NCBI GenBank assembly: GCA_963422735.1
Contig: OY730476.1
Location: forward strand, 2,688,001 to 2,752,000
DNA: 64,000 bases
DNA from: Candidatus Latescibacterota bacterium
GTDB taxonomy: Bacteria > Latescibacterota > UBA2968 > UBA8231
Direction: 5' to 3'
Position numbers and translations under genes: made by a program. Shown piece by piece: positions 1 to 8,829 of the stretch (position 1 is its first letter; each line of letters begins with the position of its first letter). Under the pieces are notes generated by a model. The model saw nothing but the letters and a program-made list of their open reading frames with translations. It was not told where the DNA came from and searched no databases.

Positions 1-2
1 TC

Positions 3-1919
3 CCCTCCTTCCGCTTTCTCGAAGCCGACTTTCCCCAAATGTTCGACGACGACGGAAATACCGCCTTAGCGGTGAAATCTTCGGGCACGGGGGGAACCGG
101 GGCCTTTGGCCTACTCATCGAATTCGACTTGGGGGCCATCTTTGGCGTCAATCGGTTCAAGTTTTTTCCGCGCAATGCCGATCCGGCCTTTCCGGCCCCG
201 GATTTCCAGTCCCAAGACGACTTTTTGAAGGGCTACGAAATTTTCGTCAATGACGGCCAACCCGAATCGCGCCGCGAGGGCAGTCTGATCTGGGAAACTG
301 TCGCCTTTGAGGGGCAGAACCAAGAAGCGGTGGTGGATGTGCGAATCCCCACCCGCTTCGTGCGATTTTTGCGGCTCAAATCCCTGACGGCCGCGGACTT
401 TGAGATCTCCGAGTTCCAAGTATTTAGCGAGGGCTTTGTGCCGCAGGCCGTGTACATTTCCAACGTATTCGACTTTGGCGACCAAGCGCTTTTGGGCCGT
501 TTGCGCTGGGTTGAAGAGCAGGTGGGCGATCCAACCCGCTCTAGGGTGCAGGTCCGTACCCGCACTGGGGACGATCCCCAGCCGGTCGAGTTTACCCGGA
601 TTGGCAAGCAATCCTCCGGCCGAGTTGAGCAGCGGGGCGATACCGTTTTTGACATCCCCATCGACGCGCCTTGGAAGAGGGCCGAAGGTGTAGAAGACAG
701 CGAACTCAAAAGCCTGATCGCCAATGTCCTCGACAACGAAGAGATGGACGGACGCGAGGCGCTTTTGACCTTTGGCCAGTTGCCTTTTGCACAGCGGTCT
801 CAGATCACCCTCCACGAGGCGGACTACAACAAATTGGGGAGCGACCAAAAATCGGTGATTCGCGAAGACCTCACTAATTGGAGCCCTTGGTCCCCCCCCT
901 ACTCGCCCGAGGGTATTGTCGCCCCAGATCAACTTCAGGTGCAAGGATCGGGGACGCTGATCGCATCGCCTAGCCCGCGGCGCTATTTTCAAGTTATGAT
1001 CGAATTCTTCAACGCCGATGTCGATGCGGCTACTGGCATCGGCGGGGTGGCTTGGGATGTTTTCCGGCCCATCTTCGCCGACTCCCTCATCGCCGAGATC
1101 CTGCCCCGCACCGCCGTTCTAGGCCAAGCCACCCGCTTCACGTATGGCATACTGGTCAAATCCACTCCCCAGAATGCGGGTTTTGACCGCTTTGAAATCA
1201 GCACACCGCTGCGCACCGAGTCGATTGGCCTAGTGGAAATACGCCGGCCCGACGGCACGGCAGAAACTGCGGATTTTTCCGGCTCGTCCCTTGCAGTGCT
1301 CCCGGTCGAGCAGAATGGCTTTAGCGTGGTGGCCGTGCGCGACGACGGCTTTGTCATGGCCTTGCCGCGAATTGAAGGGGATGGGGTGCTTTTGACCTTA
1401 GAGTTTGAAAATACGGTCCTGCGCCTAGGGACTCGCTTTGCCGGCCGGGCACTCAACGCCGACAATGAGGTGCTGGGCCAAGTGGTGTTGGCCGGTAATG
1501 CCGCGGATTTGAGCCGGGAAGGCGTAGATGATCCCGACCGCAAAGCCGTGGGCACCCTCGATCCAGAAAACCTCTTTGTCAACGTGCCAATAACCGACGA
1601 ACTGCTAGTGAATGTGGCGGCCGTCCCCAGCGTTTTTACCCCCAATGGCGATGGGGTCAACGAGCGGGCGGCCATTACCTACGATATCACCAACATAGCC
1701 CACCCGACCCGGGTGCAGCTCAGGATCTACGATTTGAGTGGCCGGCTGATCCGCAACCTCTACGAAGGCTTGGACTTGAGTGGTCGATTTATCCGCTTTT
1801 GGGACGGACGCGACGATGGGGACAACGCGGTACCGCCGGGCCACTATGTCTTTTTTGTTGCTTTGGATGCGGGGACCGGAGAGGAGAAGCGGTTAGGGGT
1901 TGTCGGGGTAGCGTATTGA
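3..1919 (+). CDS. Secreted protein with discoidin-like region and C-terminal FlgD Ig-like / T9SS-CTD-like domain (probably 5'-truncated by the window)
   Basis: Frame is open from position 3 into the 39..1919 ORF. C-terminus VFTPNGDGVNE...IYDLSGRLIRNL...WDGRDD...PPGHY...VVGVAY. Shares many motifs with 8830..10752. Confidence 0.8.
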   Translation, partial: PSFRFLEADFPQMFDDDGNTALAVKSSGTGGTGAFGLLIEFDLGAIFGVNRFKFFPRNADPAFPAPDFQSQDDFLKGYEIFVNDGQPESRREGSLIWETVAFEGQNQEAVVDVRIPTRFVRFLRLKSLTAADFEISEFQVFSEGFVPQAVYISNVFDFGDQALLGRLRWVEEQVGDPTRSRVQVRTRTGDDPQPVEFTRIGKQSSGRVEQRGDTVFDIPIDAPWKRAEGVEDSELKSLIANVLDNEEMDGREALLTFGQLPFAQRSQITLHEADYNKLGSDQKSVIREDLTNWSPWSPPYSPEGIVAPDQLQVQGSGTLIASPSPRRYFQVMIEFFNADVDAATGIGGVAWDVFRPIFADSLIAEILPRTAVLGQATRFTYGILVKSTPQNAGFDRFEISTPLRTESIGLVEIRRPDGTAETADFSGSSLAVLPVEQNGFSVVAVRDDGFVMALPRIEGDGVLLTLEFENTVLRLGTRFAGRALNADNEVLGQVVLAGNAADLSREGVDDPDRKAVGTLDPENLFVNVPITDELLVNVAAVPSVFTPNGDGVNERAAITYDITNIAHPTRVQLRIYDLSGRLIRNLYEGLDLSGRFIRFWDGRDDGDNAVPPGHYVFFVALDAGTGEEKRLGVVGVAY

Positions 1920-1944
1920 TATTGGGCGGGGGAGTTCCCTCGCG

Positions 1945-4764
1945 ATGAATTTTACCATGCAGAATTGGGAGGGTGCGGCATTGAATGTCCGCGGAGCAAA
2001 TTTAACTATTGGGCTGGTACTGTTGGTCGCGTTCCAAGCCGTGCTCCACGCCCAAAACTACGGCACCCGCCTAGGGATCCAGCGCGGCGGCAAAGTTAGT
2101 TTTGAGCCCCGGGGCCCAGGCGTACTCTTTGGATCCCTCGATCCCGCCGTACAGAAGTGGTATGTTCCCCAAGAACTCTACTACGAGTTCAGGTGGCGCC
2201 AATGGGAGTACTCCAACTACGCCCGCGACCAGTACCAGCGCTATATCAACACCAACCTAGAAGGCGACTACTTCTACGACTTTTTCGGCAACTACATCAA
2301 CCGCGGCTGGCTGGTGTACGACTGGCGCCAAGACCAGCCCCAAGAGCTGGGCAGCGGCATCTTCAAGGGCCGCCAATTCGAGCAGTTCTTCAGCTCGGTG
2401 ACCGTAAGCGGCGACTCCAAGGGCCAGTACTCCTACGCCATTACCGTGGGCAACGCGATCCGCACCACCCTCACGCCGATGACCTTTTCCAAGCCGAATT
2501 TCAACGGAGTCCAGATCGACTTCGCCTCGGACAAATACGCCGCCACCGTGCTGGCCTCGCGGATCAATGATCCGGCCGTGGGCGTGACCATCAATCCTAG
2601 ACGGCAATCCAATTCGACCTCCCTGTTCGGTGGCCGGGCCCTCGCTCAGGTGGGTGATTTTGTTACTGTGGGCGGGACCGTGGTCAACGCCCACAACGCC
2701 AATACCGCCTTGGACATGTTCGAAGGCAATCTGCTAGCGGGGAATCTCACCTCGGGCCAGACCAGTACGCCGGTTACTGCCATAGCTATCGTCCTCAGCG
2801 ATGACAGCCCCGAGGACGAGGAGGGCGGCGCGGCTCTTTTCAGCCACGATATACGCATCAAGAGCCGCGATTTCGAGACGGGTTTAGAAACGCTCTCAAC
2901 GTTGGACAAGGTAGTGCGCGAGGGAGCGGAGTGGCCGACCGTATTTGGCGGCTTTCCGCGCACTGGCTTTTTGGCCGCCGACGGCACTGAGCGAATCATC
3001 CTCAATTACGACTTTACGGACCCAGCGTATGTCGGGCCGGACTTAACCTCCATAGTCGAGGTGGAATTCGACTATGTGCTGGCCAACGACTTCAAGGTCG
3101 AAATGTGGTCCAATCTGCAGACTGGCACGCGCCCGGTGCCGCCGCCACCGCTGACCAACCAAGTCATTGAAGAAGCCGAGCCGGTACTCATCGACATAAG
3201 GCGGGCTGCCGGCAATATAAAGGATATATCCAACGCCCAGCGAATTCTTTTCAACTACGGCTTGCCCTCGGCCAATATGGTGGCCGGATTCACCATTGAG
3301 GGCAAGAACGTGTGGGGCTTTGATTTCTACGGCGAATGGAACAACAACCTGCGCTATTTCCAGTACCCTAATGCCGCCCTTTTCAACGCCAACGAAGGGC
3401 ACGAGGTCTCTACGGAGAGCGGTCAGGCGACCATCTTCAACCTGTCCAAAGAGGCCTACCCGTTTTTTGCTTATGGTGAAGCTTACTCGGTGGATGCCGA
3501 CTATTCGACCTCGGCTTTTGTCTCCTTGCCCCAAGGGGATGTTTTCTACGACGATCCCATACGCTCAGTGTACGAATTTGTCGCCGACAACGACGACCAA
3601 GACCGCCAGCCCGACTGGGCCCGGGTAGGCTCGCAGTCGAACGACCGGGAGGTGTTTCCCGGCTGGGACGAAAACCTCGACTTCATTTCGGACTTCAACC
3701 AGAACGACAACCGCTCGGTGCCCAATTCCATTCCCGACTATGAAGAGCCGTTTTTGCGCTATCACGTCGATCGGCCCGAACTCCTCTTTGGCATTGACCT
3801 CAACAACAACGGCTGGATCGACCGTTTTGAGGACGACGAGTTGGCTGACTATCCCTACAAGCCCGACCGGCGCGGGTACAATGTCTTTTTTGGCGTTCAT
3901 CTCTTCCCAGAGGCGCGCTTGCTGGTAGGGCAGCTCGACGAGCGCATGCTATCGGACGATCGGGACAACCGAACTGCGTATGCCATGTTCACCCTCGACA
4001 AGGACTACCCCGATTTGGGGCGGGTGCGGGTCTTCGATATGCTCAAGCGGGTCGCGGACACCGTCCCCGACCCCCGGCGGGCACCGCTGCCCTTCCTTGA
4101 CGCGCCCACGCCGCCGCTGGTATCGGATATGCTGGTCTTTCCCGATACCTATATCAATACCGCGTGGTTGGGGGTGGACTACACCGGCATTTCCAATTTC
4201 GAGATCGTCAACAAACTCAAATACGAGCGTTACAACCAGGTTCAAGACGAATCCCGCGACATCGACGGCCGGATACTCGCTAGTTCGCCCTTCCTCTTGG
4301 GCGTGATCAACAAATTCGAGTACAAGCTGCACCTAGGCCATTTTATTCTACAGCCGAGGCTCAAAAGTGAGTACTTCCGCCAAGACGCCTTTGTGCTGGC
4401 CGAAGAAGACCTAAAACAATGGACTGGGATTGTCTCGCTTTTGGCCCAAGTGCCCCTACTCAACAGCAGCGTAGTTGACTTCGGGGTGGAGTTGGCTCAG
4501 TTCAACGAGCTGGTGCAGCAGGAGGAGGATATGGTCGAGCAGGGGATCGCCGAAGAGACCGGGGATTTGCGCTCTACTGTTTTTGCGGTGCAGCTAACCA
4601 ACAACTCGAACTATTTGGGTTACAAGCTAACGACGCAACTCGGCCTACGCATCGGCCACACTTTCACCGAGGCGGTGCGGGAGGTTGAACCCCGGGTCTT
4701 CGACAAGCGCATCAAAGGTCGGACCGAGACCACTAGCTTTATCACCATCTACGCCGGATTGTAA
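1945..4764 (+). CDS. Large secreted/outer-membrane hypothetical protein (939 aa), paralogue A
   Basis: Long ORF with signal peptide ending VLHA-Q; alternative TTG start at 1981 behind GGGAGGG. Aromatic- and Asp-rich motifs, amphipathic beta-like C-terminus ending FITIYAGL. Collinear similarity to 4764..7676. Confidence 0.85.
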   Translation: MNFTMQNWEGAALNVRGANLTIGLVLLVAFQAVLHAQNYGTRLGIQRGGKVSFEPRGPGVLFGSLDPAVQKWYVPQELYYEFRWRQWEYSNYARDQYQRYINTNLEGDYFYDFFGNYINRGWLVYDWRQDQPQELGSGIFKGRQFEQFFSSVTVSGDSKGQYSYAITVGNAIRTTLTPMTFSKPNFNGVQIDFASDKYAATVLASRINDPAVGVTINPRRQSNSTSLFGGRALAQVGDFVTVGGTVVNAHNANTALDMFEGNLLAGNLTSGQTSTPVTAIAIVLSDDSPEDEEGGAALFSHDIRIKSRDFETGLETLSTLDKVVREGAEWPTVFGGFPRTGFLAADGTERIILNYDFTDPAYVGPDLTSIVEVEFDYVLANDFKVEMWSNLQTGTRPVPPPPLTNQVIEEAEPVLIDIRRAAGNIKDISNAQRILFNYGLPSANMVAGFTIEGKNVWGFDFYGEWNNNLRYFQYPNAALFNANEGHEVSTESGQATIFNLSKEAYPFFAYGEAYSVDADYSTSAFVSLPQGDVFYDDPIRSVYEFVADNDDQDRQPDWARVGSQSNDREVFPGWDENLDFISDFNQNDNRSVPNSIPDYEEPFLRYHVDRPELLFGIDLNNNGWIDRFEDDELADYPYKPDRRGYNVFFGVHLFPEARLLVGQLDERMLSDDRDNRTAYAMFTLDKDYPDLGRVRVFDMLKRVADTVPDPRRAPLPFLDAPTPPLVSDMLVFPDTYINTAWLGVDYTGISNFEIVNKLKYERYNQVQDESRDIDGRILASSPFLLGVINKFEYKLHLGHFILQPRLKSEYFRQDAFVLAEEDLKQWTGIVSLLAQVPLLNSSVVDFGVELAQFNELVQQEEDMVEQGIAEETGDLRSTVFAVQLTNNSNYLGYKLTTQLGLRIGHTFTEAVREVEPRVFDKRIKGRTETTSFITIYAGL

Positions 4765-7676
4765 TGGGGATGAGGGCGCGTTACATCACATTGGCTGCTC
4801 TGGCCGGGCTGAGTCTGTGGGGGGTAGCCGCTGCTCAAATCGACTATGGGGGCCGTCTGGGGGATCGGGTGGGAGATCGCGTCATTTACTACGTGCCCGG
4901 CGTTTCTACTTATATAGAGGCACTGGACCCGACCGTGCAGCGCTGGTACATGCCGGCTCCGCTCTTTGGCGAATTCGGCCGCGATCAGTGGGAGTACACC
5001 AACTACGCCCGCCAAGCCCACAAGCGCTATATCGACCCCTCGTCCGAGGGGGATCTCTTCTACGATCCCTTCGGTCGCCTCATTACGCGAGGTTGGCTGG
5101 TGTACGACTGGCGCCAGACAAAACCACTAATCGCCGAGAGTTCCTCCGTCAGAAAAGGTGCCCAGTACAACAACTGGTTTAGCCGCTTGGTTATATCCGG
5201 GGACACCAAGGGCCAGTATCGCTATTCGATTATGGTCGGAGACGAGATATGGACTACTCTAACGCCGATGACCTTCCGCAAGGCGGGGTTCAACGGGGTA
5301 ATAGCCGACTTTGCCGCAGACCGCTTTCGCGCCACCGGGCTTTTCTCGCGGATTTCGTTCCCGCTCCTTTCTGGGGGCACTGCACGCTTCCAGTACGCGA
5401 CCAACCTCACAGCGGGCCGGGTAGAAGCCGATTTGACCGATTCTTTTACGTTGGGGATGAACTTCGTCAACAGCCACAACAACACCGGCAGCAACGAGAG
5501 CTTCCAAGGGAATGTGTTCAAGGGCGCCCTGACGGCAGGGCAACTGGCCCAGCGGGTTGACCTGCTCTTGGTGAGGCTCTCGGACGACTCGCCAGAAGAC
5601 GGCGAGGGTGGTGCTGTCTTGGTTGGCGAGGAGATCGAGATCCGCACCACCCTAAGCCGTCAGGAGATGGTTCGGGACCAGATGGTCCACGTGGAGCGGG
5701 ATACCGTCATCCTCAGCAGCAGTATCGGCTTTAGACCGGCTATTGAAGGGGGGAGACGAGACCGAGGGTTTCTAACGGCCAATGGTGCGGACCAGATCAT
5801 TTTGCAATATCCCTTAACCCCCCGGGAGACAACCGGGGAAGAGGGAACCTTGCGGGCGCTCTTCCAGCAACACCTAGATCTCACCCTATCTGAAGCCGAA
5901 GCCGCGATTAGCTCCATTCGAGACGTGCGCTTCCGCCTCGTGCTAGCTAACGACTATCGAGTTGAGGTCAGTTCCAATAGACAGACGGACGAATTTGGTG
6001 TGCCTCAATTTTTACCCGCGGCGCGGGCCGATGGCAATATCAAGAACCAGTTGAACCAGCGCGAGGTCGTCTTCGACTATGGACTGCCTACGGCCAACCA
6101 GATCGTCGGCTTGACGGCCGAGGTCCGGGATTTTCACGGCTTCGATTTTTACGGGGAGATAAACCTCAATACCCAGTACCGAAAATACCCCAGCATAGGC
6201 CGCGATTCCCACCGTGCGATCAACGGCATCGCGGGGGACCGCCATGAAGTAGGCTGGTTGGTCAATCTGGCCTTCCGGGAGGGCCCTTGGAAGCTTTATG
6301 GCGAAGGGTTCGGCATGGAAGACGGGTACCGCACCAGCGTCCTGACGGTAAATCGAGACGGGGTGTCGGACTACGCCCCCGAGGCCGTCAACCTGCACTA
6401 CGAGTTTGTAGATGACAACGACGACAACGACCGGCAGCCCGACTGGCTGCGAGTGGGCGAGGGCAGCTTTGTCCCCACCGAGCGCCGCAGCGAGATTGAG
6501 GTTCGCGGCGTGGCCGATCCGGCGGTTTTTCCCGGTTATGACGAGAATCGCGACTTTATATCGGATTTCAACCAGAATAGCACCGTCGATCGGGTAAATT
6601 TTTTTCCCGACTACGACGAGCCTTTTTTGCGCTATGCCGCGGATCGCCCAGAATTTCTCTTCGGCATTGATCTCAACAACAATGGATGGGTGGAACGCTT
6701 TGAGAACGATCAAGAGCCGGATTATCCCTACAAGCGAGACCACTGGGGCTACAATCTCTTCGGCGGGATCGAAGTGGCACCGGGTATCCAGCTACGGGTG
6801 GGTCAGTTGCGGCAAATCCGCTTGGCGAGCGGCCGCCGCAACCTGACTAGCTATGGAATGTTCACCTTGAAACAGAGTGGGCCGAGGTGGGGCCGTCTGC
6901 GGGTTTTCGACATGATTAAGAAGGCCGAGGACGAGATCGCCGACCACTTGGTCCAATGGCTCATCCCTAAGAGCACATTCGGCGCAGCGGCCGAGTCGGC
7001 CGGCAGCAATGTTCCGGTATTAGACCCCTTGGCCGCGGAGGACACTTGGATCAACACTTTTTACGCCGACTGGGAGTACGCCAGCCCGCGTTTGTGGCGG
7101 ACCCTACATCGCTTCAAATGGGAGACTTGGCGGCAGCGCGACAATGAGGTCGAATTTTTGCGCGATACACCGGATGAGGCGGTGGCCTTTGATCCTCTAG
7201 GCCCTGAGGGGCGCAACGGACGACAGACCTCGGGCTTTGTCGGGCTGATCAATAAGATAGAATATGTCTTTTACTGGCGGTCGCTGAGTTTCAGGCCCAA
7301 ACTCAAGAGCGAATTCCTGCGCGAGGTGCCCTTTAGCCGAGCATTCGACAAGCGCCGCTCTTGGGACGGCCTCTTTTTCTTTGTCGGTAGCGTTCCAGTG
7401 CTCAAGACTACCGAGTTCGAGTTCGGCTTGGAGCAGCGCTCTTTCTTCGACCTTGAAGGAGGAGAGGACGAACTGGCGGCGGGGCTTTTCACCGGGGATT
7501 TTCGCGGTTCGGTTTTGGCGTTGCAACTTACCAATATCAGCCAATATCTAGGCTATGAGCTAACCACTCAGGTGGGCATCCGCCTCGATCGCCGCTCGTT
7601 GGAAGTAATTGACCGGAGCCGAGAGATCGAGACCTCGGGCTTGAGCTTTCTGTCGATCATCGCCGGCTTAAAGTGA
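4764..7676 (+). CDS. Large secreted/outer-membrane hypothetical protein (970 aa), paralogue B
   Basis: TAATG overlap with the upstream gene. Signal peptide ending AAA-Q. Shares QWEYxNYAR, RGWLVYDWRQ, LSDDSPEDxEGG, DFISDFNQN and FGIDLNNNGW with paralogue A. Confidence 0.85.
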   Translation: MGMRARYITLAALAGLSLWGVAAAQIDYGGRLGDRVGDRVIYYVPGVSTYIEALDPTVQRWYMPAPLFGEFGRDQWEYTNYARQAHKRYIDPSSEGDLFYDPFGRLITRGWLVYDWRQTKPLIAESSSVRKGAQYNNWFSRLVISGDTKGQYRYSIMVGDEIWTTLTPMTFRKAGFNGVIADFAADRFRATGLFSRISFPLLSGGTARFQYATNLTAGRVEADLTDSFTLGMNFVNSHNNTGSNESFQGNVFKGALTAGQLAQRVDLLLVRLSDDSPEDGEGGAVLVGEEIEIRTTLSRQEMVRDQMVHVERDTVILSSSIGFRPAIEGGRRDRGFLTANGADQIILQYPLTPRETTGEEGTLRALFQQHLDLTLSEAEAAISSIRDVRFRLVLANDYRVEVSSNRQTDEFGVPQFLPAARADGNIKNQLNQREVVFDYGLPTANQIVGLTAEVRDFHGFDFYGEINLNTQYRKYPSIGRDSHRAINGIAGDRHEVGWLVNLAFREGPWKLYGEGFGMEDGYRTSVLTVNRDGVSDYAPEAVNLHYEFVDDNDDNDRQPDWLRVGEGSFVPTERRSEIEVRGVADPAVFPGYDENRDFISDFNQNSTVDRVNFFPDYDEPFLRYAADRPEFLFGIDLNNNGWVERFENDQEPDYPYKRDHWGYNLFGGIEVAPGIQLRVGQLRQIRLASGRRNLTSYGMFTLKQSGPRWGRLRVFDMIKKAEDEIADHLVQWLIPKSTFGAAAESAGSNVPVLDPLAAEDTWINTFYADWEYASPRLWRTLHRFKWETWRQRDNEVEFLRDTPDEAVAFDPLGPEGRNGRQTSGFVGLINKIEYVFYWRSLSFRPKLKSEFLREVPFSRAFDKRRSWDGLFFFVGSVPVLKTTEFEFGLEQRSFFDLEGGEDELAAGLFTGDFRGSVLALQLTNISQYLGYELTTQVGIRLDRRSLEVIDRSREIETSGLSFLSIIAGLK

Positions 7677-7683
7677 TTTTTAC

Positions 7684-7712
7684 TTGACCGTATAAGTTGT
7701 TTTTGTTATAAC
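7684..7712 (+). promoter_or_regulatory. Sigma70-type promoter for the 7803 gene
   Basis: TTGACC (7684-7689), 17 bp spacer, TATAAC (7707-7712) with extended TG; AGGAGG RBS at 7790-7795. Confidence 0.7.
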
Positions 7713-7802
7713 AGAGCGTTAGAAACGCCTTTGCTAATTTCGACCGTCGCATTACCGTACCTAACCTTCAAAACCCCACACCTCTAAAAAGGAGGGTTCG
7801 CT

Positions 7803-8723
7803 GTGAAGAAAGTTTTATCTGCTTTATTTATTCCTGTGTTTTTACTCGGCCTGAGCACTGAGGTCCAAGCCCACGATCCGCCCGATTTTATCGGTGCGGT
7901 GTGGCAATGGCCCGAGACTCATCTTCCGGTCTTAGATGCCGATCTGAGCGAATGGGATATCATTCCCGAGGAATTTTGGATCACCGAGCAGAGCGTCGTA
8001 CAGAGTACGGCCCGGCCGTGGATCTACACCGGCGATCTAGACGTCTCCTCGATTTCCTTCCGCTGGATCCCCACTTGGAACGAGGAAACCAACCGCATCT
8101 ACTGGGCCTACGAGCGCTTTGATGACAAGTACCAGTTGGGCAACGAGTCAGTCGAAACGACTGTGGACGCCGATCACTCGGGCGGCTCCTTCTGGGATCT
8201 GGAAGGCCAGACCGAGGAAGAGATCGCACGCCAGCGCGGTCGCCATGCCCAAGTCAACCACTATTGGTTCGACAATGGCCAAGCCCGTGAAGGACAGTGG
8301 AACTGGTTTTGGATGACCCAAGCCGACTGGTACGACACGCCGCCGTACTCCGACCATGCGTATTGGTTTAGCGGCACAGCTCCCAATTCCTTTGAGGAGA
8401 TGCGCCAACGGGCTGAATGGTGGAGCGTCTATTGGGACGACTTCAACTGGGAAGACCCCCAAGGAAGCGTCCTCCACGACTTCCAGCAGGACGAGATCAT
8501 CGGCCTTGCAGGGCATGTCTTCGATACCGATGCCGAGTTATCCGACGATTGTAACTGCCATTCGCGCTGGGCCATCAGTCCCAACGTCGAATCCTTCGGC
8601 GACGCCGATTTCTTGGCTGACTGGGTGCTGCTGGGCGTTGACGAGTCCGCCTTTGAAGGTGTCGCGCCTACAGCCGTTGAAGACAACACTTGGGGCCAGA
8701 TCAAGGCTTCGTTCGGCAAATAA
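7803..8723 (+). CDS. Secreted Trp/Asp-rich protein (possibly CBM9/DOMON-like) with C-terminal TAVE-TWGxIK tail
   Basis: GTG start behind AGGAGG; signal peptide ending VQA-H; LPVLDADLSEW resembles the PxIDGxLxEW start of CBM9-like domains; ends PTAVEDNTWGQIKASFGK. Confidence 0.85.
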   Translation: MKKVLSALFIPVFLLGLSTEVQAHDPPDFIGAVWQWPETHLPVLDADLSEWDIIPEEFWITEQSVVQSTARPWIYTGDLDVSSISFRWIPTWNEETNRIYWAYERFDDKYQLGNESVETTVDADHSGGSFWDLEGQTEEEIARQRGRHAQVNHYWFDNGQAREGQWNWFWMTQADWYDTPPYSDHAYWFSGTAPNSFEEMRQRAEWWSVYWDDFNWEDPQGSVLHDFQQDEIIGLAGHVFDTDAELSDDCNCHSRWAISPNVESFGDADFLADWVLLGVDESAFEGVAPTAVEDNTWGQIKASFGK

Positions 8724-8754
8724 GCGGTTCTTGCGCCTTCATAAGCGTTTCAGA

Positions 8755-8796
8755 AAGAAGGGGGGGAATTCTATTCCTCCCCTTCTTTTATTTTCT
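8755..8796 (+). terminator. Rho-independent terminator
   Basis: AAGAAGGGGGGGAAT-TCT-ATTCCTCCCCTTCTT hairpin followed by T-rich sequence after the 8723 stop. Confidence 0.65.
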
Positions 8797-8829
8797 ATTT
8801 GAATCATCTACCGGTGTAGGAGGTAGATA

